DNA of 64,000 nt, taken from positions 2,112,001-2,176,000 of the forward strand of contig OZ220741.1 of NCBI GenBank assembly GCA_965116885.1. Direction: 5' to 3'. A program made the translations under genes and the position numbers. Below are positions 38,509 to 52,205 of the stretch, one piece after another (position 1 is the stretch's first letter; every line of letters starts with the position of its first letter). This DNA is from Candidatus Latescibacterota bacterium (GTDB taxonomy: Bacteria > Latescibacterota > UBA2968). The notes beneath the pieces were generated by a model. It saw only the letters and a program-made list of their open reading frames with translations. It did no database searches and had not been told where the DNA came from.

Positions 38509-41229
38509 ATGGAGACGATGAAAAATAAAGCTTTGGAGCGTGCCTACGATCCAAAAAATATTGAAAAGACGTGGTATGATTTTTGGTACAAGAAGGGATA
38601 TTTTCGTCCGGAGTTTCGCGCGACAGGCCCCGCCTATACGGTGACGATTCCGCCGCCCAATGTGACGGGAGAGTTGCACATGGGACACGCACTGCAGCAC
38701 GCGATTCACGACGCGGTGATTCGGTACAAGCGAATGCGGGGATTTCGCACGCTGTGTTTGCCCGGTACGGATCACGCGGGTATTGGCACGCAGATGAAGG
38801 TGGAGCAAGAGATCTGGGAGAACGAAAAAAAGACGCGCCGCGAAATTGGGCGCAGAGACTTGTTGAAACGGATATGGGCCTGGCGGGAAAAATACGGCAG
38901 TACAATTTTGCGACAGTTGCGCGAGTTGGGCTGTAGTTATGACTGGTCGCGCGAGCGATTTACAATGGATGAGGAGTACGTTCGGGCGGTGTTGGAAACA
39001 TTTGTGCGTTTTTACGAGAAGGGCTGGATTTATCGGGGCAAACGCATGGTGAACTGGTGCCCGCAGTGTGGCACTGTGATTTCCGATCTCGAGGTGGAAG
39101 AAAGAGAGGTCGATAGCCACCTGTGGCATATTCGGTATAAAGGGATAGATGACGCGCCCGATGTGGTTGTGGCGACAACGCGCCCGGAAACCATGCTGGG
39201 CGATACCGGGGTGGCGGTACATCCATCCGATGCGCGATGGCGCGATGCCGTGGGTAAAATGGTGATGTTGCCGCTTATGGACCGCCCCATTCCCATTGTG
39301 GCAGATGACTATGCCGATCCGGAAATGGGGAGTGGTGCGGTGAAGGTGACGCCGGGACACGATCCCAATGATTACGAGATAGGGCAGCGTCACGATTTGC
39401 CCGAAATCGCGGTTATTGGTCTGAATGGCGAAATGACGGAGAATGCGGGTGCTTATGTTGGGCAGGACCGGTATGCGTGTCGCAAGGCGGTGGTTGAGGC
39501 GCTCGACAAGATAGGGTTGATGGAAAAAATAGAGGATTATACCCACGCGGTACCGCATCACGATCGCTGTGGCACGGTGATAGAACCGATGCCTATGGAG
39601 CAGTGGTTTGTGGCGATGCGCGATTTGGCCGATTTGATTTTGCCCTTGATGCGAGAAAAAAAGATCGATTATGTGCCGGATCGGTTTCGAGAATATTCGA
39701 TTGAATGGCTGGAGAATATCCGCGACTGGTGTATTTCAAGGCAACTGTGGTGGGGGCACCGCATTCCGGTGTGGACGTGTGAAAATTGTAGTGCGGTGAT
39801 TGTGAATGCAGAGCCGCCCGAATTGTGTACAAAGTGTGGCAGTCAGCAGTTGATACAAGACCCCGATGTGCTCGATACGTGGTTTTCCTCGGCGCTGTGG
39901 CCTTTTGCAACGCTGGGTTGGCCCGAAGATACAGAGGATTTGAAGCTGTTTCATCCGACGGATTTGATGATTACGGGACGGGATATTTTGTATCTGTGGG
40001 TGATTCGGATGATTATGACGGCCGTTGAATTTGTGGATGAGATTCCGTTCCGGACGGTGCTGGTTCATCCCACGGTGCAAACGCGCGATGGCAAGCGCAT
40101 GAGCAAGTCGTTGGGTACGGGAATTGATCCGCGCGAATTGATTGACCGTTATGGCGCGGATGCCACGCGCCTGTCGCTTTTGTATCAATGCGGCAGTTCG
40201 CAGGATATTCGGTTTGATGCCGATGTAAAGGACAATAAGTTGCAAGATTCGCCCATTGCGGAAATGTGCCGAAATTTTTGCAACAAAATTTGGAATGCCG
40301 CGCGGTTTGTACAAATGAATCTGGACGATCGCGACATACGCGATGTGGCGTTGCAGACGGTGCCCGAGCCGATTACAGACCTTTCTGATCGGTGGATTTT
40401 GAGTTTGTACAATCGCACGGTGTTGCAGGTTACAGAGGCTTTGGAGGCGTATCGCTTTGATGAAGCAGCGCGCGCGTTGTACGATTTTGTGTGGAGCGCG
40501 TATTGCGATTGGTATGTGGAGATGGCGAAAGTGCGCCTGTATGGCGATGATCAAGACGCCCGTCAAACTGCGCAGTCGGTTTTGTGTGTCGTGTTTGAAG
40601 GCACGTTGCGCCTGTTGCATCCCATCGCGCCTTTTATTTCTGAGGCGTTGTGGCAAACATTTCCACGCAAAGGCGAGGCACTTATTGTCGCGCCCTGGCC
40701 CAAATGCGACAAAACGCAATTTGATAAAGTTGCCGAGCGAGAGATGGCTTTGATGCGGGATGTGGTGGGGGCCGTGCGCCATATTCGAGGTACAATGCGT
40801 ATTCCGCCGGGCAAGCGCGTGGATGTGGTGTGTAAGACGGGGTCTGAGGAGGCGCACGCGATTTTGACGTCTGTTCATGGCTATATGAAGGCGTTGGGGC
40901 GCATTGAAAATTTGACCCTCGGCGCGGCTTTAGAACGCCCGGCAGCGTCTGCGAGTGCTGTGGTTGGTGATGTGGAAATTTTCGTGCCTTTGGCCGGCGT
41001 GATTGATCTCGCTGTGGAGCGCCAGAGATTGGAGAAGGAGATTGGGGGATTGGAAAAGGCACTGGGGGGATTGGAGAAGAAGTTGAGCAATGCGGGTTTT
41101 TTGAACAATGCCCCCGCAGAGGTCGTGGCAAAAGAACGCGAGCGCGAGCGCGAGTATCGGGATACATTGTCGAAGTTGCGGGAAAATCTGGCTGTAATTT
41201 CAGAGGGAGATTCAAATGTCGAACGTTAG
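38509..41229 (+). CDS. valS: Valine--tRNA ligase
   Basis: PPPNVTGELHMGH, DWCISRQLWWGH, RMSKS, C-terminal coiled coil. Confidence 0.97.
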   Translation: METMKNKALERAYDPKNIEKTWYDFWYKKGYFRPEFRATGPAYTVTIPPPNVTGELHMGHALQHAIHDAVIRYKRMRGFRTLCLPGTDHAGIGTQMKVEQEIWENEKKTRREIGRRDLLKRIWAWREKYGSTILRQLRELGCSYDWSRERFTMDEEYVRAVLETFVRFYEKGWIYRGKRMVNWCPQCGTVISDLEVEEREVDSHLWHIRYKGIDDAPDVVVATTRPETMLGDTGVAVHPSDARWRDAVGKMVMLPLMDRPIPIVADDYADPEMGSGAVKVTPGHDPNDYEIGQRHDLPEIAVIGLNGEMTENAGAYVGQDRYACRKAVVEALDKIGLMEKIEDYTHAVPHHDRCGTVIEPMPMEQWFVAMRDLADLILPLMREKKIDYVPDRFREYSIEWLENIRDWCISRQLWWGHRIPVWTCENCSAVIVNAEPPELCTKCGSQQLIQDPDVLDTWFSSALWPFATLGWPEDTEDLKLFHPTDLMITGRDILYLWVIRMIMTAVEFVDEIPFRTVLVHPTVQTRDGKRMSKSLGTGIDPRELIDRYGADATRLSLLYQCGSSQDIRFDADVKDNKLQDSPIAEMCRNFCNKIWNAARFVQMNLDDRDIRDVALQTVPEPITDLSDRWILSLYNRTVLQVTEALEAYRFDEAARALYDFVWSAYCDWYVEMAKVRLYGDDQDARQTAQSVLCVVFEGTLRLLHPIAPFISEALWQTFPRKGEALIVAPWPKCDKTQFDKVAEREMALMRDVVGAVRHIRGTMRIPPGKRVDVVCKTGSEEAHAILTSVHGYMKALGRIENLTLGAALERPAASASAVVGDVEIFVPLAGVIDLAVERQRLEKEIGGLEKALGGLEKKLSNAGFLNNAPAEVVAKEREREREYRDTLSKLRENLAVISEGDSNVER

Positions 41230-42214
41230 ATTTGGTATTATGGGATTGGGGCGCGGTCGCGGAGCAGCAAAACAGGTGGCAGCAGCAGAGGGTAGCGCGT
41301 TGGTTTGCGTGTGTGATTTACAGGAAGACAAGGCCGTGGAGCAGGCCGAAATATATGGATGCGACTGGACGACGAATTACAAGGCGATGTTTGCGCGCGA
41401 TGATATCGATGCGATCGGTATCTATACGTCCAGTGGCACGCATTGCGATTACGCCATTGAAGCGATAGAAGCAGGCAAACATGCATTTGTCACCAAACCG
41501 ATGGATATTCTCGTGGAAAAGTGCGATGCGGCGATTCAGGCGGCAAAAGATGCGGGGAAGGTTCTGGCAGTGGATTTTGGAAATCGCTATTCTAAGGCAA
41601 ACCAGCAATTGAAGGCAGCCATTGATCAGGGGATCATTGGACAGATTTTTTTGGGTGATGTGAAGATGAAGTGGTGGCGCGAGCAGAGCTATTACAATGG
41701 GGGTTTTCCCATGGGGTGGCGCAGCCGCAAAGAGACAGAGGGCGGCTCGATAGCCAATCAGGGTGTGCATTTTGTCGATCTCATCTGCTGGTTGCTCGGC
41801 CCGGTAAAGGAAGTTTATGGGCGCAGTGCAACCATGACACACGATATTGAAACGGAAGATATTACAATTGCACAGTTGACATTTCAAAGCGGCGCCTGGG
41901 GGCTGATTACGACCACGACATCGAGTTATCCAAATTTGGGGACACAAGTGGAGATCAGCGGCACGGAAGGCACTGTACGGTGGGATCAGCGCGGCGGTAT
42001 AGAAGTGATGACAAAGGGTGAGGAATTGGTAGATTTGAGCCGGTTTGAAGTGCCCGATGCGCCTGCCGATATTGCAGAGGATATGGTTTCTGCTATCACC
42101 AAAGGCACGGCCCCTGTGGTGTCGGGTGAAGAGGGGCGAAAATCTGTTGCGCTCTTTTGCGCAGCTTATGCGTCTTCAAAATCGGGTTCCCCTGTGGTTA
42201 TTGATCAGGGGTGA
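41216..42214 (+). CDS. Gfo/Idh/MocA family oxidoreductase
   Basis: GIMGLG, AGKHAFVTKP, GGSIANQGVHFVD. Confidence 0.88.
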   Translation: MSNVRFGIMGLGRGRGAAKQVAAAEGSALVCVCDLQEDKAVEQAEIYGCDWTTNYKAMFARDDIDAIGIYTSSGTHCDYAIEAIEAGKHAFVTKPMDILVEKCDAAIQAAKDAGKVLAVDFGNRYSKANQQLKAAIDQGIIGQIFLGDVKMKWWREQSYYNGGFPMGWRSRKETEGGSIANQGVHFVDLICWLLGPVKEVYGRSATMTHDIETEDITIAQLTFQSGAWGLITTTTSSYPNLGTQVEISGTEGTVRWDQRGGIEVMTKGEELVDLSRFEVPDAPADIAEDMVSAITKGTAPVVSGEEGRKSVALFCAAYASSKSGSPVVIDQG

Positions 42215-42229
42215 TATGCGGTTTGAAAT

Positions 42230-42718
42230 ATGTCTGAACAGTTGGAAGTGAAACTCGGAATATTGCTTCGAGAACGAGGCTGGACCATTGCAGTTGCAGA
42301 GACCACAACAGGGGGGGTGATCAGCGCCCGCATTGTTTCGGTTCCGGGCAGTTCGGCTTATTACGAGCGGGGGGTTATTGCGTATAGCGCGTTGTCTAAA
42401 CGCGAGATGCTGGGGATAGATGTGCAGGTGATGGATACTTATGGTGCAGTGAGTGCAGAAGCCGCGCGCGCAATGGCTAAAGGTGTGAGAAAGGTGAGTG
42501 GTGCAGATTTGGGTCTGGCCGAGACCGGGATCGCAGGCCCCATTCTCGGTCGGTCGCCCAAGCCCATCGGTACGGCGTATATCGCACTTGCCAGTGCAGA
42601 AGGTGTGGTGTGTAGAGATTTTCGGTTTGATGGGGATCGCGATGAGATACGCAATGCGATAGCAGATGCTGCCCTGCAGATGGTGATTGAGGCGGGAAAA
42701 AAAGCAATTGATAACTGA
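42230..42718 (+). CDS. CinA C-terminal / PncC-like protein
   Basis: AVAETTTGG, VPGSS, GAVS, TGIAGP. Confidence 0.88.
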   Translation: MSEQLEVKLGILLRERGWTIAVAETTTGGVISARIVSVPGSSAYYERGVIAYSALSKREMLGIDVQVMDTYGAVSAEAARAMAKGVRKVSGADLGLAETGIAGPILGRSPKPIGTAYIALASAEGVVCRDFRFDGDRDEIRNAIADAALQMVIEAGKKAIDN

Positions 42719-42798
42719 TAACTTGCTTTTTTGCGCGTTCAGCCGTATTTTCAGTGCCCTGTGCGATGTTCAATAAGTTCTGGGGTTTGGAGGTTTGT

Positions 42799-43149
42799 AT
42801 GAGAATTTCGGAAAAAATCCGCGGGGATGTCGCTGTCTTAACCCTGTCGGGTGAATTGATGAGCGGTCCCGAGGTTGCCCCGTTCCAAGATCATATTAAG
42901 AAACTTGCAAATGAGGGCGTAAAAAAAGTGGTGGTTGATTTTTCCAGGGTGCGATGGTTTGGCAGTGCCATGTTAGGCGTGCTAACGGCGAGTTTGACGA
43001 CGCTGCGCGGTGAAGGCGGCGATTTGAGATTGACGGGTGTTACCAGGAAGATTGAAAGTATTTTGATGGTTACTCAGTTGGCAAATATTTTTAAGACCCT
43101 GGATACGGTAGATCGAGCTGTGGAAAGTTTTTCAGATCAGGATGCATAG
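42799..43149 (+). CDS. STAS-domain anti-sigma factor antagonist
   Basis: VVVDFSRVRWFGSAMLGVL; GGAGG RBS. Confidence 0.88.
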   Translation: MRISEKIRGDVAVLTLSGELMSGPEVAPFQDHIKKLANEGVKKVVVDFSRVRWFGSAMLGVLTASLTTLRGEGGDLRLTGVTRKIESILMVTQLANIFKTLDTVDRAVESFSDQDA

Positions 43150-43210
43150 AGATTTTTGTACATTGTGGACTGAGCAACGTCCGATTTTTGAAGAGCTGTT
43201 TGCCAAATTG

Positions 43211-43576
43211 ATGAGAGTCAAAGTTGACATTCGCGACCAGGTTGCGATTATAACTGTATCGGGTACCCTTATGAGTGGTCCTACGGTCGTTCCTTTTCAG
43301 CACTATGTCGAAGAGGTCATGGCCGATGGCATTACCAATGTCGTGGTCGATTTTTCCAGAGTGAAGTGGTTTGGCAGCACGATGTTGGGCGTGTTAGCGG
43401 TCAGCCTGGAGATGTTGAGAAATGCTGGAGGTGATCTCAGGTTGGCTGGCATTGCAAATCGGATGGAGAGTTTGATGATGGTCGGAAAGTTGTCGTCACA
43501 TTTTCGCACGTTGGAATCGGTTGACGCGGCTATCGAAAGCTTTGTATCCGACCCGCCGGGGAGACGGGAAACATAA
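43211..43576 (+). CDS. STAS-domain anti-sigma factor antagonist, paralogue (start may be 43142)
   Basis: VVVDFSRVKWFGSTMLGVL; colinear with the upstream paralogue. Confidence 0.85.
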   Translation: MRVKVDIRDQVAIITVSGTLMSGPTVVPFQHYVEEVMADGITNVVVDFSRVKWFGSTMLGVLAVSLEMLRNAGGDLRLAGIANRMESLMMVGKLSSHFRTLESVDAAIESFVSDPPGRRET

Positions 43577-43612
43577 ATCGTTCCAAACTATCATCGTGTA
43601 TTTCGTTCATAA

Positions 43613-43650
43613 AAAAGGGGTGCGATTATATCGCAATCCCTTCTTCTTTT
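43613..43650 (+). terminator. Probable terminator
   Basis: aaggggtgcgat-tat-atcgcaatccctt with T-rich tail. Confidence 0.6.
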
Positions 43651-43727
43651 GGGAAGAAAATACCTCAAAGTATTTTAGCCCCATCGGTCCGGCGATGAGA
43701 CTATATCATTGAAAGGAGACACATCGT

Positions 43728-45857
43728 ATGTTGCATCGTATGATTCCCCCAGCACTGATTTTTCTATGTGCTTTTGTACAGTGCAGCGAAAAACAACCCG
43801 TACCTACACCCAAATACACCGGCGACCTTCCGCAATTGCAGGATCGCGGCGCATTGCGGGTGATTGTCCGTCCAGATCCGATTACCTATATGCCTCGGCA
43901 GGCGGATCCAGTGACGCTCAACTACGATATCGCTCGTGGCTTAGCCGAATCACTCAAGCTGAATCTGGAGATTGTAAAGGTCACAAGTTATTCACAGATG
44001 ATGGAGAAATTGCTGACAGGCGAGGGCGATATTGTCGCTTCCAGCCTGACAATTACGCCAGAGCGGAAAGCGCGTGCGGCGTTTTCAGTGCCATATCTCT
44101 ACGTGGATGAATATCTGGTTACGGCGTCTGGTGATAGTTTGCCCGAGAAGATTGCAGATCTCGCCGGTATGGCGATCAGCGTGCGGCAGTCCAGTTCGTA
44201 CTATCAGACCCTGGTCAAAATTCAGCAACAGGTTCCGTCCTTGAACATCCACACTGTACCGGAAACGCTCAGTATCGAGAACTTGCTGGAAGGGGTTGCA
44301 AGCGGCAAATACGCAGCGACCGTATCCGACGCGCATTTGTGGCACGCCTTGTCTGGCTATTACGACAATTTGGTCACGCCGATAGTACTGGCTGAAGATC
44401 GTCCACTCGCCCTGATGATGCGCCCAAACGATGCAAAGCTCAAGGTCGCGGTGGATGAGTATTTGTTGGCGCATCAATTTACGCGGCATCGTCAGCAGGA
44501 ATTTACCGATGATCTACCCGGTTTGAAGGAACGCCGCCGGTTGCGGATGATTACGCGCAATAATGCGATGACTTATTTTATTTACCGGGGACAGCAAATA
44601 GGGTTTGAATACGAGCTTATAAAGCGATTTGCCTCGGAACACGATCTGCGTCTTGAAATTGTCATTCCGGACAGTCACGCCGAACTGTTGCCGTATTTAA
44701 ATGGAGGCAAGGGCGATGTCGTGGCTTCGGCGATGACTATTACTGAGGAACGGCAAGAGCAGGCCGCGTTTACGCTACCCTATAATGAAGTGAATGAACT
44801 GGTGGTGGTGCATGCGGATGACGATTCGATTGCCAGCCTTCAGGATCTGGCTGGACGGACGATACATGTGCGCGCGAGTTCTTCGTTTTATACGACGCTG
44901 ATGGCGTTGCGGGATTCCGTCGAAGGTCTCGAGATTGCCATAGTGCCCGATGACGTAGAAACCGAAGATATTTTAGCTGGAGTTGAAGAGGGTATTTATG
45001 ACCTCACGATGTGCGATTCCCATTTGCTCGATATAGAACGCGCGTATGGTCGCCGCCTCAAAGCCGCTTTGAGTATAAAGCCCACGGCACTGGGCTGGGC
45101 GGTTCGCAAGGACAATTCAGAATTGCTGGCGGCATTGAACGAATATATAAAAGAAGAAAAAGGCGGCTTGTTTTTTAATATGATGAAAAAGAGGTATTTT
45201 AAGAGCACGCGCGCTGTTGCCAGAGCCAAAGATTCAATGCGGGTCGGGCTGAGCGGTCAGTTGTCGCCTTATGATGATCTGGCAAAAAAATACGCCTCTC
45301 AATACGGGCAGGACTGGCGTCTGATTACCGCACAGATGTACCAGGAATCCAAATTCGATCCAGAGGCCGTTAGCTGGGTCGGCGCGCAGGGGCTGATGCA
45401 GGTGATGCCGAGTACGGGAGAGGAGTTGGGATTCACCGATCTTCATGAACCCCAGGTGGGTATTCACGCCGGGGTCAAGTATATGCGTCAGCTTATCAAC
45501 AGGTTTGATCACAATCTGCCGATGGAAGAGCGGATTCGCTTTGCGCTGGCTTCTTATAATGTGGGGTACGGGCATGTGCTCGATGCCCGCCGCCTGGCGC
45601 GAGAAATGGGCTGGGATCCCAACCGCTGGTTTGGCAATGTGGAAAAGGCGATGCGCTTGCTGTCCCAACCGGACTATTACGAGCGGGCGCGATACGGTTT
45701 CTGCCGTGGCGGTCAACCCGTACACTATGTGGAAAATATTCAGAATTTCTACGATGCTTATGTCGAAATACTGAATACGGCGATACCTGCGAAGGTGACA
45801 CAGCCGCTTAGTTCGGGCTTCGTAGGCCCTCCGTCTGCTGTAGAAGATCGTCGTTGA
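43728..45857 (+). CDS. mltF: MltF-like lytic transglycosylase with two substrate-binding domains
   Basis: Two SBP_bac_3-like repeats (GDLPQLQDRGALRV / DDLPGLKERRRLRM); QESKF, GLMQ, ASYNVG SLT motifs. Confidence 0.85.
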   Translation: MLHRMIPPALIFLCAFVQCSEKQPVPTPKYTGDLPQLQDRGALRVIVRPDPITYMPRQADPVTLNYDIARGLAESLKLNLEIVKVTSYSQMMEKLLTGEGDIVASSLTITPERKARAAFSVPYLYVDEYLVTASGDSLPEKIADLAGMAISVRQSSSYYQTLVKIQQQVPSLNIHTVPETLSIENLLEGVASGKYAATVSDAHLWHALSGYYDNLVTPIVLAEDRPLALMMRPNDAKLKVAVDEYLLAHQFTRHRQQEFTDDLPGLKERRRLRMITRNNAMTYFIYRGQQIGFEYELIKRFASEHDLRLEIVIPDSHAELLPYLNGGKGDVVASAMTITEERQEQAAFTLPYNEVNELVVVHADDDSIASLQDLAGRTIHVRASSSFYTTLMALRDSVEGLEIAIVPDDVETEDILAGVEEGIYDLTMCDSHLLDIERAYGRRLKAALSIKPTALGWAVRKDNSELLAALNEYIKEEKGGLFFNMMKKRYFKSTRAVARAKDSMRVGLSGQLSPYDDLAKKYASQYGQDWRLITAQMYQESKFDPEAVSWVGAQGLMQVMPSTGEELGFTDLHEPQVGIHAGVKYMRQLINRFDHNLPMEERIRFALASYNVGYGHVLDARRLAREMGWDPNRWFGNVEKAMRLLSQPDYYERARYGFCRGGQPVHYVENIQNFYDAYVEILNTAIPAKVTQPLSSGFVGPPSAVEDRR

Positions 45858-45872
45858 GTCTGCATTCCTTAT

Positions 45873-45921
45873 TAAAACAGGTATTGCTCAAAAGATAGAG
45901 CAATACCTGTTCTTTTTTTTT
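45873..45921. terminator. Bidirectional terminator between mltF and thiC
   Basis: aacaggtattgctc...gagcaatacctgtt with T run. Confidence 0.85.
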
Positions 45922-45923
45922 GC

Positions 45924-49141
<3,218 letters not shown>

Positions 49142-49144
49142 TCC

Positions 49145-49351
49145 ATGCTACTTACAGTGAATGGTCAAGAGCAATCAGTGGATGATGCATCAACGCTGCT
49201 CGATTTGCTGATTGAGATGAATTTTAATGCCGAACAAAAGGGTATTGCCGTGGCTGTAAATGCCGAGGTTATAGCGCGGGCGATGTGGTCAGATATGCGA
49301 TTGCACAATGGTGATCGGGTGGATATTATTCATGCGGTTCAGGGGGGGTAG
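49145..49351 (+). CDS. thiS: Sulfur carrier protein
   Basis: IAVAVN, C-terminal VQGG. Confidence 0.95.
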   Translation: MLLTVNGQEQSVDDASTLLDLLIEMNFNAEQKGIAVAVNAEVIARAMWSDMRLHNGDRVDIIHAVQGG

Positions 49352-49373
49352 TGGGAATAACAGTGAGGGTATT

Positions 49374-50150
49374 ATGACTGGCGATTTTAAGATGGCAGGC
49401 GTAACATATCGTTCACGGCTGTTGATAGGTACTGCGCATTATCCCAATATGCAGGTGATGCTGAAGTCCGTGGAAGCCAGTGGCGCAGAGATTGTAACGG
49501 TGGGCATTCGGCGGCTCAATATGAGTGACGAATCTGGCGAGGGTGTTCTCGATTTGCTCGACCGGTCGCGGTACACCATTTTGCCCAATACGGCCGGATG
49601 TTTTACAGCTCAAGACGCGGTGCTTACTGCGCGGTTGGCCCGCGAAGCGCTGGAGACCGATTTGATCAAGTTAGAGGTAATTGGGGATGAACGCACGTTG
49701 TTTCCGGATGTGGTGGGGTTGCTACAAGCAGCAGAGACCCTGGTGAATGATGGGTTTACTGTGTTGCCTTATTGCAATGATGATCCAATTACCTGCAAGA
49801 AGCTGGAAGATTTGGGGTGTGCTGCGGTGATGCCTCTGGGGGCACCCATTGGTTCGGGAATGGGGATTCGCAATCCGTACAATATTCAGATTATTCTGGA
49901 TTCGGTCAATGTGCCGGTTATTGTCGATGCGGGGGTGGGGACCGCATCGGATGCTGCTCTGGCGATGGAATTGGGTTGCGATGGTGTGTTGTTGAATACG
50001 GCGGTGGCAGGTGCTCGGCATCCGGTGAAGATGGCGATGGCAATGAAGAAGGGAGTTGAAGCCGGGCGGTTGGCTTTTGAAGCCGGGCGGATTCCGAGAA
50101 AGCTGTACGCAACGGCTTCGACGGCGATGGAAGGACGGGTGGAAATTTGA
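49374..50150 (+). CDS. thiG: Thiazole synthase
   Basis: [28 protein letters not shown]. Confidence 0.97.
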   Translation: MTGDFKMAGVTYRSRLLIGTAHYPNMQVMLKSVEASGAEIVTVGIRRLNMSDESGEGVLDLLDRSRYTILPNTAGCFTAQDAVLTARLAREALETDLIKLEVIGDERTLFPDVVGLLQAAETLVNDGFTVLPYCNDDPITCKKLEDLGCAAVMPLGAPIGSGMGIRNPYNIQIILDSVNVPVIVDAGVGTASDAALAMELGCDGVLLNTAVAGARHPVKMAMAMKKGVEAGRLAFEAGRIPRKLYATASTAMEGRVEI

Positions 50151-50761
50151 ATTCCTTGCCGCCTCTCTATCTGATTGCCGACCGGGCAACGTGCGGTGAT
50201 CGTCCAATGATGGATGTGCTCGCGCGTGCGCTGGATGCGGGGGTGCGGCTGGTGCAGTTGCGGGAAAAAGCACTGGATAGAGATGCATTAGAAGCTCTGG
50301 CTGAGCAGGTGTTGTCGCTGGTGGCGCGTTATGATGCGATGTTGTTGATTAACTCAGTAGCAGATATTGCCGTGCAGATGGGCGCGCAGGGTGTGCATTT
50401 GCCAGGTGGTGCATTGCCGCAGGCGGCCCGAGATCGGATCGGATCGTCATTTTTAATCGGTTATTCCACACATACCTGTGCGGAATTAGATTGCGCTGAT
50501 GGGGCAGATTTTGTCACTTATAGCCCCATTTTTACACCGGGCTCCAAACCCGGGTATGATGGTGTGGAAGCAGGGTTGGCGGGGTTGGCAAATGCGGTGG
50601 CGCATTCTCGCTTACCCGTTTACGCTCTGGGTGGAATTACACCTTCTCGCGCGGCCAGATGTCGCACGACGGGATGTGCGGGTGTCGCGGTGATGTCGGG
50701 TATTTTGGCGGCGAGAGATCCGGCTAAGGCGGTACGTGAATTTTTGAAGGTATGGGAATGA
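50147..50761 (+). CDS. ThiE/TenI-family protein (TenI-like)
   Basis: QLREK, GVHL, ALGGI; INS in place of the ThiE ND motif. Confidence 0.8.
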   Translation: MNSLPPLYLIADRATCGDRPMMDVLARALDAGVRLVQLREKALDRDALEALAEQVLSLVARYDAMLLINSVADIAVQMGAQGVHLPGGALPQAARDRIGSSFLIGYSTHTCAELDCADGADFVTYSPIFTPGSKPGYDGVEAGLAGLANAVAHSRLPVYALGGITPSRAARCRTTGCAGVAVMSGILAARDPAKAVREFLKVWE

Positions 50762-51552
50762 AACAAGCCCTGACAATTGCGGGTTCGGATTCCGGCGGCG
50801 GCGCGGGCATTCAGGCGGATTTGAAAACATTCCACGCCCATGACGTATTTGGTCTGTCTGCGATTACATCGGTTACTGCTCAAAATACGCAAGAGGTGCG
50901 TGCGGCTTGTGATTTGTCCGAAGAGATTATCCGCGCTCAGATAAGTGCCGTGTTTGACGATTTTGAAATTGCTGCGGTCAAGACGGGGATGTTGTCTTTG
51001 CGTGCGATTGTAGAGGCTGTGGCCGATGAGTTGACAACTCGCAATGGGCAACCGCTCGTGGTCGATCCGGTGATGATTTCGACGAGTGGATTTTCGTTGC
51101 TCAGGGATGATGCCATACAATGTATCACGGACCGTTTGTTGCCGCTCGCTGCGTTGGTGACGCCGAATATCCCTGAAGCAGAATTGTTGATTCAGAGAAA
51201 AATAAAAACGCGAGAAGATGCCGGTTTTGCTGCGCGCAAAATTGCCGATTTGGGCAGGTGTGCCGTGCTGGTGAAGGGGGGACATTTGGAGGGCACTGCG
51301 GTGGATGTGTTGTGGGATGGGGCGTGTGAAACGATTTTTGAAGGTGAGCGCATTGATACCGGAAATACACACGGGACGGGTTGTACACTGGCATCGGCGA
51401 TAGCGGCTAATTTTGCGTTGGGATACGGGTTGTGCGACGCGATAGATAGAGCAAAAAATTATGTTACAGAAGCTATCCGGCATGGCTTGGATATTGGCAA
51501 AGGTAGCGGTCCTACAAATCATTTTTATTTTTTAGACTGTACTGAACGCTGA
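50758..51552 (+). CDS. thiD: HMP/HMP-P kinase
   Basis: IAGSDSGGGAGIQADLK, VDPVM, TPNIPEA, HGTGCT. Confidence 0.96.
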   Translation: MKQALTIAGSDSGGGAGIQADLKTFHAHDVFGLSAITSVTAQNTQEVRAACDLSEEIIRAQISAVFDDFEIAAVKTGMLSLRAIVEAVADELTTRNGQPLVVDPVMISTSGFSLLRDDAIQCITDRLLPLAALVTPNIPEAELLIQRKIKTREDAGFAARKIADLGRCAVLVKGGHLEGTAVDVLWDGACETIFEGERIDTGNTHGTGCTLASAIAANFALGYGLCDAIDRAKNYVTEAIRHGLDIGKGSGPTNHFYFLDCTER

Positions 51553-51581
51553 GTACGGGCGGGTTTGAAACCCGCCCCTTC
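51553..51581 (-). repeat. REP-like palindrome
   Basis: gggcgggtttgaaacccgccc perfect hairpin; reads GAAG-gggcgggtttc on the minus strand. Confidence 0.7.
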
Positions 51582-51585
51582 TAAT

Positions 51586-52197
51586 ATGAAAAAAATTGGC
51601 AGACTTCACGTCATAACCGATGTTGTTTTGCAAGATCGCTTTTCACACGTAGCGCTGGCACAAATGGCTGTCGCTGGAGGAGCGGATACCATTCAGTTTC
51701 GACAAAAAGAGGGTTCGACGCGCGCGTTGGTTGAGACGGCTATTGCCGTGAAGCATGCGTGTGGCGATGTGCCTTTGATTGTGAATGATCGGGTTGATGT
51801 GGCGATTGCCTCAGAGGCCGATGGGGTGCATTTGGGACAAGATGACTTTCCCATTGAAAAGGCGCGCGACCTGCTCGGTGAAGATGCGGTGATTGGCGGT
51901 ACGGCAAAGACGCTTTCACAGGCGCGTCAGTGCATTGCCGAAGGTGCGGATTACATCGGTTTTGGACCGATTTATGCAACGGGTTCAAAAGCTGATGCGG
52001 GGCTGGTGAAAGGTCTGGAAGGCTTGCGCGAGATGGCCAATGGGGTCAATATCCCGATTATCGCCATTGGGGGTATTGGGATAGAAAATGCTGGCGAGGT
52101 GATGCGCGCAGGGGCGCACGGTATTGCGGTGATTTCAGCCGTGTGTTGTCAACCCGATCCCACTGAAGCGACCCAAAGGTTGATGGATCAAATATAG
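51586..52197 (+). CDS. thiE: Thiamine phosphate synthase
   Basis: QFRQK, VNDRVD, GVHLGQDD, TGSK, AIGGI. Confidence 0.93.
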   Translation: MKKIGRLHVITDVVLQDRFSHVALAQMAVAGGADTIQFRQKEGSTRALVETAIAVKHACGDVPLIVNDRVDVAIASEADGVHLGQDDFPIEKARDLLGEDAVIGGTAKTLSQARQCIAEGADYIGFGPIYATGSKADAGLVKGLEGLREMANGVNIPIIAIGGIGIENAGEVMRAGAHGIAVISAVCCQPDPTEATQRLMDQI

Positions 52198-52205
52198 GTA
52201 CGATT

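Noticed and set aside
1241..41215. Long antisense ORFs (e.g. 1241-2389, 26678-27787, 30941-31975, 38443-39561, 39736-40878)
   Set aside because: Shadow frames opposite well-supported genes, with no recognisable motifs
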